A DNA stretch of 44,003 nucleotides, taken from the NCBI GenBank assembly GCA_045863395.1, contig BTVJ01000060.1:1-44003 (forward strand), in the 5' to 3' direction. Origin of the DNA: Myxococcales bacterium (lineage in GTDB: Bacteria > Myxococcota_A > UBA9042 > JABWCM01 > BTVJ01). Below, piece after piece: positions 8,585 through 15,829 of the stretch (the stretch's first letter is position 1; every line of letters begins with the position of its first letter). The notes beneath the pieces are model-generated. The model saw only the letters and a program-made list of their open reading frames with translations, searched no databases and had not been told where the DNA came from. The translations under genes were made by a program, and so were the position numbers.

Positions 8585-10708
8585 GTGGCGGCGCTCTGCG
8601 AGCCGGGGCCCTTCACGCGGCTGCTGCACGACAGCGGCCTGCTCGGGGCCCTCCGCAAGGCCGAGGAGGATGGCAGCCGCGGCGCAGTCGGACCGCGAAG
8701 GGAGGCTGCCGGCCATCCGCGGCCGCAGCGCCCGGGGCCGTACATCGGGCCTCGGGGCGGTAAGTGGGCGGATCCAGAGCACACGATCCCATGGAAGCCT
8801 TCACAGGTGGACGATGGCGTCGCACTCGATGATGACGCCGATCCGAGTGAAGAACCAGGTTGCTCAGTACTGGTGACCGGATCTGAACCGCTCGGGCCCG
8901 TGAAGGCCCACATGACGGAGGACGAGGTACGCGAGGCCATCGGCGGGTGGCACGAGGAAATCGGCGTCATTTTTGGCCAAGACGGGAAGCAGCTTGCGCG
9001 AGCTACCAGCGGATCCAAGAGGAGGATTCGGTTCGACAAGGAGTCCATGACGAAGCTGCGAGACGTGGTGAAGGCCAATGGGTCTGTGAAGTTCCTGCAC
9101 AACCATCCATCCGGCCTGATGCTCTCGGGTGGAGACGTCGCGTTTGCTGTGAAGCTGAACATCCATGCCATCGAGAGCTGCAATCGCTTTGGAGATCAGT
9201 GGTGGGTGGAGCGTCCCAGGGACGGATGGACACCGCAAGCGGCGCTCAAGGGTGCACTGTTCCAGGTGGTCCGGGAGGAGGAGCGGGTCTCCTTCAACCG
9301 CGAGCGAGGGCTTGGCGGTGTTGCCGGCAAAGACTTCGTGCAGTACACTCAAGCAGAGGTGCTGGAACTCAACCGGCGAATCTCGGAGAAGGCCAAGAGC
9401 GATGACTGTCACGGACCACCACACTTTGCCGTCCGACATGCACCTGGGGTTGGTGTGCGGCGAGGACGGCTCCATGACGCTCGACGACGAGACTCCGCTG
9501 GATCGATACCCAGAGCTGGACACGGCGGAGAAGGCACTCAAGTTTCTCGCCGAGCGCAAGGCCAAGCTCAAGGAGATGCTGTCGGAAGTGGAGGCGACCG
9601 AGGCAAAGAACGTCCGCTAGACCGGCTCCGTCGCCTCCTCAGCCGCGAGAAGGGCGACGACATCAAGAAGGCTCAAGAGTTTCCCGACCTCCCGAACCCG
9701 CTCACCTTCACCGCTCTCCTCGAGCAGCTCAGAGCGAACGGCATCCTGGCTGAGGCATCCTCCGAGGGCCAGCAGGCCGCCGAGCAGGCCCCATCTGACA
9801 CCGCCGCCGGCTCGGCGACGCGCACCCGCCAGCACATCCCCCACAGCGCCCACCCGGTGAAGCTCGGTCCCCCGCCTGAGCCCAACCGGGCCGAGCACCC
9901 CTTCGTTGGCACCATCGAGTTCCAGGGGCTCGTCGTCGACGTCGAGAACAGGAAGGGCTCCTACCGCTCGGGCAAGAACGCCGACGGCACGCCATGGCGC
10001 GTGAAGATGCTCGCCCACTACGGGGAGATCCGTGGCACCGAGGGGACTGACGGGGACCCGCTCGACGCCTACGTAGGGGACAACGCCGACAGCAGCCTCG
10101 TCGTGGTCGTGCATCAGCGCGACCCCGAGACCAGGGAGTACGACGAGGACAAGGTGATGCTGGGCTTCGACTCGGCGGACGACGCCGTGCGCCTCTACCG
10201 GCGGCAGTATGACCGGCCCGGCTTCTACGAGAGCCACACCACCATGCCCATCGGCCAGCTCTGGCGATGGGTCCGCGACGAGCGCAACCACGGCCGCAAG
10301 GTCGTGAAGAAGGGAAGGACCATGAGCGACAACGTCATCAGCCTCCAGACCTGGACGGACCAGGTGCTCCAGAAGGGCAAGACCAACCTCGAGGATGCGG
10401 TCATCGAGGCGGAGCTTCGCAACGCGCTGCGACGGCACCTGCGCTGGAGGGAGGACACGCACAGCCCGGAGGTGTGCGCTCGACACTGCGCTGACGAGGT
10501 GATCACGCAGTATGCGATGCTGGACGCGACGAAGGTGATGCTGGCGAGCTACCTCGACCGGCGGGGGCCCGACGGCCTCTACGTGCAGGCCCTGGTGAGC
10601 CATCCCGCGATGGCGGCCGAGGTCCAGTCGGCGCGGGAGGCCATGGCGGCGCGCGCGCTGCTGGAGACCCACGGGCCGCAGTCGGCCTACGCCGTCAACG
10701 GGTACTGA
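8585..10708 (+). CDS. Multidomain putative head-packaged effector: shared leader + JAB/MPN domain + InPase-like domain
   Basis: Leader CEPGPFTRLLHDSG and GPYIGPRGGKWADPE; JAB motif E...HNHPSGLMLSGGD (about 8950-9260); FQGLVVDVEN.KGS.RSG...HYGEIRGTEGTDGDPLDAYVG...DEDKVMLGF resembles the phage inorganic-pyrophosphatase-like domain (about 9900-10290). Confidence 0.8.
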   Translation: MAALCEPGPFTRLLHDSGLLGALRKAEEDGSRGAVGPRREAAGHPRPQRPGPYIGPRGGKWADPEHTIPWKPSQVDDGVALDDDADPSEEPGCSVLVTGSEPLGPVKAHMTEDEVREAIGGWHEEIGVIFGQDGKQLARATSGSKRRIRFDKESMTKLRDVVKANGSVKFLHNHPSGLMLSGGDVAFAVKLNIHAIESCNRFGDQWWVERPRDGWTPQAALKGALFQVVREEERVSFNRERGLGGVAGKDFVQYTQAEVLELNRRISEKAKSDDCHGPPHFAVRHAPGVGVRRGRLHDARRRDSAGSIPRAGHGGEGTQVSRRAQGQAQGDAVGSGGDRGKERPLDRLRRLLSREKGDDIKKAQEFPDLPNPLTFTALLEQLRANGILAEASSEGQQAAEQAPSDTAAGSATRTRQHIPHSAHPVKLGPPPEPNRAEHPFVGTIEFQGLVVDVENRKGSYRSGKNADGTPWRVKMLAHYGEIRGTEGTDGDPLDAYVGDNADSSLVVVVHQRDPETREYDEDKVMLGFDSADDAVRLYRRQYDRPGFYESHTTMPIGQLWRWVRDERNHGRKVVKKGRTMSDNVISLQTWTDQVLQKGKTNLEDAVIEAELRNALRRHLRWREDTHSPEVCARHCADEVITQYAMLDATKVMLASYLDRRGPDGLYVQALVSHPAMAAEVQSAREAMAARALLETHGPQSAYAVNGY
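9402..9620 (+). CDS. Nested 72-aa gene in the +1 frame of the 8585 ORF (candidate partner/immunity protein)
   Basis: GGAGAAGG at 9385-9392, ATG 9402, TAG 9618-9620; third positions mostly G/C in this frame but not in the enclosing frame. Confidence 0.65.
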   Translation: MTVTDHHTLPSDMHLGLVCGEDGSMTLDDETPLDRYPELDTAEKALKFLAERKAKLKEMLSEVEATEAKNVR

Positions 10709-10724
10709 GCCCGAGGAGCAGCAG

Positions 10725-12338
10725 GTGGGCTGGATCCAGGATCTCTTCGAGAGGCGCAAGACGAAGCTGCAGAAGGCCGCGGAGACGACCGCGCCTGCTG
10801 TGCAGGCAGAGTCCACTCCGGCGCCCAAGGCGTGGGCCTTCGACCCGCAGCAGATGGCGTTCGTGTACGCCAGCGACGTGCCGACGGAGACGCACCCGGG
10901 CACCCTCGGTCTGCCCTACAGCACGCTCCTGGCCATGTCGCGGGTCCCGATCTTCGCGACGATCATCCAGACCCGCGTGAACCAGATGGCGGAGTTCTTC
11001 GTGCCGCGGTCGTCGCCGTACTCCGTGGGGTTCTGGGTTCGCCAGAGGGACCGCCAGGCAAAGCCGACCCCGGCGTCGCGACGGCGGGCGGCGGAGATCG
11101 AAGCGATGCTGCTGAGCGCGGGGGGGCGTCACGGCTACGGGGGGCTCGAACCGTCGGTGCGCGCGCTCGTGCGGGACGCGTTCATCTACGACCAGGCGAA
11201 CTTCGAGGTGCTCCGCACGCGTGGCGGGAAGCCCTGTGGGTTCGTCCCGGTGGATGCTGCCACGATCCGCCGGGCGCGTCCGTCGCGCGCGGCGCTGGAC
11301 GCCGGGCGTTGGGACCCGGAGCAGGCAGCCTACGTCCAGGTGGTCAACCAGCGCATCGTCAACGAGTACGGTCACGAGGAGATGGCCTGGGGCATCCGGC
11401 GGCCACGGACCTGGCTGTACGCGTCCGGCTACGGATACCCGGAGCTGGAAGAGCTGGTGCGCGTCACGACGAACCTGCTCAACGCCGACACCTACAACGC
11501 GACCAACTTCACCAACGGCATCCACGCGAGCACCATCCTGGCGGTGAAGAGCGCCATGGACCGCCCCATGTTCGAGTCGTTCCGCCGGAACCTCCAGGCG
11601 ATGATGACGGGGCCCCGCAACGCCAAGAAGACGCCCGTCGTGCAGCTCGACCCGAGCAACGACGCCAAGGAGGAGATCCAGGCGATCAACCTCTCGAGCA
11701 CGAACAAGGACATGGAGTTCTCGAACTGGCAGAACTACCTGATCAAGATGGCCCACGCGGTCTTCCAGATGGATGCGGCCGAGAACGGGTGGGTCTACGG
11801 CAATGAGGGTCAGAGCGGCAGCACCTTGAACCAGCGGGGGCCGTCTGAGCGGATCGACGCGAGCAAGGCGCGTGGCCTCCGGCCCGCCATCCGGTCGGTT
11901 CAGGGGTGGTTCAATGAGTGGCTGGTCTACCCCTACGACCCGGACTTCATGCTCGAACTGTCCGGCTACGACAGCATCACGGAGGCCGACAAGTTGGAGC
12001 TCGACGCCAAGAGCCTCAAGGCCTTCAAGACGGTCGACGAGGTCCGGGCGGAGCACGAGCTGCCGCCCATCGGCGGGGTTGCCGGGAACATGATCCTCGA
12101 CGCCGTGTACGCCCAGGCCTACCTGAAGCAGGACGCCGATGACGCTGCTGGCGATGACGACCCGCTTGGGGGCTACCTGGGGCAGGACATCGACGAGATG
12201 ACCATGAGCCTGGGCGCTGGGGTCGAGCAGCGTGTCAAGGACGGACGCCTGCTCACCAAGGGGCGCGGGCCTCGCGGGCGCTGGGTGCCCGTGCGGTCCG
12301 GGCAAGGGGTGCGCAGCTTCGTGGTCGAGGTGGACTGA
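10725..12338 (+). CDS. Portal protein
   Basis: IIQTRVNQ, FVPVDAATIR, GYGYPELE, DMEF..W..YLI and SKARGLRP motifs of SPO1/Twort-like portals; position after terL. Confidence 0.9.
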   Translation: MGWIQDLFERRKTKLQKAAETTAPAVQAESTPAPKAWAFDPQQMAFVYASDVPTETHPGTLGLPYSTLLAMSRVPIFATIIQTRVNQMAEFFVPRSSPYSVGFWVRQRDRQAKPTPASRRRAAEIEAMLLSAGGRHGYGGLEPSVRALVRDAFIYDQANFEVLRTRGGKPCGFVPVDAATIRRARPSRAALDAGRWDPEQAAYVQVVNQRIVNEYGHEEMAWGIRRPRTWLYASGYGYPELEELVRVTTNLLNADTYNATNFTNGIHASTILAVKSAMDRPMFESFRRNLQAMMTGPRNAKKTPVVQLDPSNDAKEEIQAINLSSTNKDMEFSNWQNYLIKMAHAVFQMDAAENGWVYGNEGQSGSTLNQRGPSERIDASKARGLRPAIRSVQGWFNEWLVYPYDPDFMLELSGYDSITEADKLELDAKSLKAFKTVDEVRAEHELPPIGGVAGNMILDAVYAQAYLKQDADDAAGDDDPLGGYLGQDIDEMTMSLGAGVEQRVKDGRLLTKGRGPRGRWVPVRSGQGVRSFVVEVD

Positions 12339-12592
12339 TGCGTGTGGTCGTCCAGGAGACCTTCCCGGGGGAGCTCTCGGGGCTCTCGCCAGAGTCTCTC
12401 CGCCGCCGCCTGGACCTTGGGTTGGCGGAGGCTCGGGGGCTCGTCATGGCGAAGGCGGGCGGCGCCCACACGGGGGAGCGCATGGAGGCGTTGGACGAGC
12501 TGACTGCGCTCCTCACGAGGGGCTACGAGCGGCGACTGAAGCAGCTCCGCGAGGACGTCTTGCGCGTGGCCGGCTCCGCGAGGACCTCTTGA
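12338..12592 (+). CDS. Small head-module hypothetical protein
   Basis: TGATG coupling to the portal gene; contains VMAKA. Confidence 0.6.
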   Translation: MRVVVQETFPGELSGLSPESLRRRLDLGLAEARGLVMAKAGGAHTGERMEALDELTALLTRGYERRLKQLREDVLRVAGSARTS

Positions 12593-12597
12593 CCGCG

Positions 12598-13935
12598 ATG
12601 CCGAGTCATGTCTCGGTGGACCACTTGGTCGACGAGGTCCTGCGCGTGACCCGCGCTCACCAGGATGCGTGGATGGTCGAGGTCCTCGGGGCAGCCCAGG
12701 CGGGGCTGGGGGCGGATCGGATCGGCGAGCTGGAGGCTGGCGGATACCTCGACGGGCGACATCTGGGGGGTGTCCGTGTGCCAGGCATGAAGGCGCTCAT
12801 TGACCCTTGGGCGTTCGCGCTCCTGATGGGCATTCTCGTTGCTCGTGCAGCCCCCGACGTGGTGCCGCGGATGAGGCGCTGGTCGCTCTCCGAGTGGGTG
12901 GACGAGGTGGACCAGGAGCTGGAGCGGCGGGAGGCTCCAGAGCCGGGGGCTGGGCGCCAGTCGCCCCCGGCAGAAGGAGCCGCGCCAGGCACGACATCAC
13001 CAGCCGCGGCCCATGCACCACCCCCACGGCATGAGGAGGCGGCGCCTGTGTCGCCGGCGCAAGCACCTTCACGTCCGGGAGGAGAGGCGGTGCAGTCTCC
13101 GCTGCCCGCGATGACGCCCCCTCCACCCGTGGAGCCTCTGCTGCCCCCTCCGCCTCCTTCTCCGCCGGGTCGTGGTGTTGCGCCTCCTCGGTCGCCGGCG
13201 AAGTCTCCATCGTCTCCCCAGCCCCCGCCCGGGGGCACGGCGCCACCCTCTCCGCCGGTGGAGCCCCCTCCGCCCCCCCCGCCTCCACCTTCGGGGGGTG
13301 GTGGTGGAGTCATCCCTGCGCCACCACCTGGGCTCGCCGACACCGAGCGGGAGGCTTGGATTCAGGCTCGCACCCGCGGCGGAGAGTACTGTCGCGGGCT
13401 CGGCAACGTGGTCGACGACGAGATGCGGACGCTCGTGAGAGAGCAGTGGGACGGGTGGAACATCGTCAAGGAGGCCGACGAGGACACGCGGCGCCGTGTG
13501 GTGGGGATCATCCAGCAGAAGACCGCGCAGGCCATCGAGGAGCGGCGAGACGCTGCGTGGCTGGCCGGCGAGCTGGGGGATGCCACGGGGGACTGGGCGC
13601 GCAATTGGGCGCGCATCGCGAGGACCGAGCTGCAGGGGGCCTACGTCGAGGGGGTCGTCATCGACGCGATCCGGCAGGAAGGGGCCGGTGCCCGGATCGC
13701 TCGGATCCCGGAGCCTGGGGCCTGTGAGCACTGCCGGCGCGTGTTCCTGGACGAAGCGGGGCGCCCACGCATCTTCACAGCCGAGGACCTGGTCAACAAC
13801 GGCACCAACGTGGGGCGGAAGGCGGCTGACTGGCGCGCAACGACGTGGCCGGTGCACCCGAACTGCGCCTGTGACGTGCAGGTGGTTCCTCCCGGCATGG
13901 AGTTCGACGCCAAGGGGCGGTTGGTGAAGGCATGA
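12598..13935 (+). CDS. MuF/SPP1 gp7-like head morphogenesis protein with Pro-rich linker
   Basis: WARIARTEL, GACEHC and HPNCAC motifs; ends ...GRLVKA. Confidence 0.85.
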   Translation: MPSHVSVDHLVDEVLRVTRAHQDAWMVEVLGAAQAGLGADRIGELEAGGYLDGRHLGGVRVPGMKALIDPWAFALLMGILVARAAPDVVPRMRRWSLSEWVDEVDQELERREAPEPGAGRQSPPAEGAAPGTTSPAAAHAPPPRHEEAAPVSPAQAPSRPGGEAVQSPLPAMTPPPPVEPLLPPPPPSPPGRGVAPPRSPAKSPSSPQPPPGGTAPPSPPVEPPPPPPPPPSGGGGGVIPAPPPGLADTEREAWIQARTRGGEYCRGLGNVVDDEMRTLVREQWDGWNIVKEADEDTRRRVVGIIQQKTAQAIEERRDAAWLAGELGDATGDWARNWARIARTELQGAYVEGVVIDAIRQEGAGARIARIPEPGACEHCRRVFLDEAGRPRIFTAEDLVNNGTNVGRKAADWRATTWPVHPNCACDVQVVPPGMEFDAKGRLVKA

Positions 13936-14153
13936 GTCGAGGCACAGCCAGCGGGCGACCTGACGTACCAAGGAACGTGCGCTGTACGACCTGTGACGCG
14001 GTGCTCGGGAACTGGGTCGATGGGCGGCTCATGATCCGCGTGCAGTCGCGCGCGCTGGTGGTGCAACCCACGGGGCAAGCCGAGGTGCGGTGTCACCACT
14101 GCAAGGGGAACGCTCTGCTACCGCTTTTCACAGCCGCGACACAAGGGGCTTGA
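13932..14153 (+). CDS. Small zinc-ribbon protein (Mu Com-like)
   Basis: VRCTTCDAVLG...VRCHHCK, 73 aa, ATGA coupling. Confidence 0.65.
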   Translation: MSRGTASGRPDVPRNVRCTTCDAVLGNWVDGRLMIRVQSRALVVQPTGQAEVRCHHCKGNALLPLFTAATQGA

Positions 14154-14178
14154 CCATATAGTGCAACTGTCGTAGGCT
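14150..14178 (+). promoter_or_regulatory. Sigma70-like promoter for the head operon
   Basis: TTGACC-17 nt-TAGGCT in an AT-rich patch upstream of the protease gene. Confidence 0.6.
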
Positions 14179-14191
14179 GACGTCCGAAACC

Positions 14192-14245
14192 GATGAGAGG
14201 CCCACAAGGGGCGCCGGTCGCAAGGCCAGCGCCCCTTTTTGTTTT
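14192..14245 (+). promoter_or_regulatory. Conserved leader hairpin, copy 1 (terminator/attenuator-like)
   Basis: AAGGGGCGC-C-GGTC-GCAA-GGCC-A-GCGCCCCTT followed by TTTGTTTT; related copies at 35523 and 42582. Confidence 0.7.
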
Positions 14246-14280
14246 CACGGACCTGACAGCATCGAGGGACCCGAGAGCCG

Positions 14281-15057
14281 ATGGCGAGCCTGACCCCACA
14301 CGTGATGCACCTCTGGGCCCCCTTCGACCTCGTCGAGAAGGGGGGCGAGGGCGAGGGTGCAGTCAAGCTCGGCCGGATCAAGGGCATCGCGTCGAGCGAG
14401 ACCCAGGATGCGGACGGCGAGGTCGTGGACCAGGCGGGCATCGACTGGAGCTTCTTCAAGTCCCATGGGAGAGGGGCGGTGACCCTCGAGCATCCGGTCG
14501 GCGTCTTCAACCTCATCGGCGAGGGCGTGGACGTGCGCCTCATCGACCTCGACGGCATACCGGCGACCGAGCTGGAGGCGGACCTCATCCTTACCGACCC
14601 CATCGGCCAAGCGGTCTGGGAGAAGGGGCGGGCCCTCAAGAAGGCAGGAGCCAGGACGAAGCTCGGGTTCAGCGTCGAGGGGCAGTGGCTCGAGAAGAAG
14701 GGCAACCGCATTACCAAGTCTCGGGTGACCTCCGTTGCCGTCAGTGCGGCGCCGAAGAACCCCCACACCTGGTGGGAGCCGATGGCGGCGTCCCTCCTGG
14801 CCGCGTTTCGCGGCGCTGCGGATCCTCGCGCGCTGTGGCGCGCCGAGGGCGTCGGCTACCCGGCCCAGGGGCAGGTCGTGACCGGCGGCCTCGCAGCCCT
14901 CGTCCCCCAGAGCATGCAAGGGTTCGACCCGAGGCTCCTCGAGGAGCTCACGAACGATGACCTGCTCGTGACCCGGGTGCTGCGGCAGTTGCCGCAGCTC
15001 TCCTGGTCTCAGGGCCAGAGCTTGATCGCGGACCTCCGCACCCGGATGGACGCCTGA
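14281..15057 (+). CDS. Prohead (maturation) protease
   Basis: IKGIASSETQDADGEVV, TLEH (His), GFSVEG (Ser) and VAVSAAPKNPHT motifs of HK97/herpes-fold proteases. Confidence 0.9.
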   Translation: MASLTPHVMHLWAPFDLVEKGGEGEGAVKLGRIKGIASSETQDADGEVVDQAGIDWSFFKSHGRGAVTLEHPVGVFNLIGEGVDVRLIDLDGIPATELEADLILTDPIGQAVWEKGRALKKAGARTKLGFSVEGQWLEKKGNRITKSRVTSVAVSAAPKNPHTWWEPMAASLLAAFRGAADPRALWRAEGVGYPAQGQVVTGGLAALVPQSMQGFDPRLLEELTNDDLLVTRVLRQLPQLSWSQGQSLIADLRTRMDA

Positions 15058-15071
15058 CGCGAGGGAGAGAG

Positions 15072-15773
15072 ATGAAGGCGAGCGAGCTGCGCAAGAGTCT
15101 GACGGACGCCAAGATCGCGACCGTCGAGATCGACCGGATGGTCGGGGCCCAGGTGGCCGCCGGGGCCATCGAGAACGACGAGGCTCCGGCGCCTTCGAGC
15201 CCCGTGAGCGACGAGCTGTTCAAGGCCGTGGACGCCGCGACCAACCAGCTTCGCAAGAGCATGGATGGAAGCCCCGCGGCTTCGCCGCAGCCGGCCGATG
15301 TCAGCCAGGCGCCCAAGGACGTCTCGGGCGGCGACATGAGCAAGGCCGTGGACGTCTTCGCCAAGGGAGCCGACGCCATCCTCCAGCAGGTGGGCGACCA
15401 GCACCGCACCCTCGCCGGCGGGTACCTGGCGCTGGGGCAGCTCAACCAGGCGATGGCGAAGGCGCTGACCGAGCAGGGTGAGCGCCTGGCCGCCCAGGAC
15501 GCGAAGCTCGACACCATCCTCAAGGCGCTGAGCCAGCCGGTTCCGCTTCGCTCCGTGACGGGGCTGACCACTGCGGTCCCGGCGCCTGGGGAGACGCCGA
15601 CGGGGCCCGCAAAGAGCACCCACGCAGCGGTCCTGCAGAAGGCGATGGGCGAGATGCAGAACCCTTCGACCACCATGGACCGCAGGCGTCAGCTCGCCTC
15701 GGCGGTGGCGCTGCTCGACTCCCACGGCGATCCCGCTGAGATCGCCGCCAGCTTCGGTATCACGGTCGGCTGA
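15072..15773 (+). CDS. Putative scaffolding protein
   Basis: Lies between protease and capsid, helical, with repeated ELRKS/ELFKA/QLRKS/DMSKA/VFAKG/AMAKA/TILKA/VLQKA motifs. Confidence 0.7.
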   Translation: MKASELRKSLTDAKIATVEIDRMVGAQVAAGAIENDEAPAPSSPVSDELFKAVDAATNQLRKSMDGSPAASPQPADVSQAPKDVSGGDMSKAVDVFAKGADAILQQVGDQHRTLAGGYLALGQLNQAMAKALTEQGERLAAQDAKLDTILKALSQPVPLRSVTGLTTAVPAPGETPTGPAKSTHAAVLQKAMGEMQNPSTTMDRRRQLASAVALLDSHGDPAEIAASFGITVG

Positions 15774-15829
15774 CGCAACACGTTCCGAGGGCGCGGCCGC
15801 CCATCGGCGAGGAGAAGGAGCGACACATC

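Noticed and set aside
14175..14200. Hammerhead ribozyme (CTGA...GAAA)
   Set aside because: CTGACGT does not match the CUGANGA core and the required three stems could not be built.
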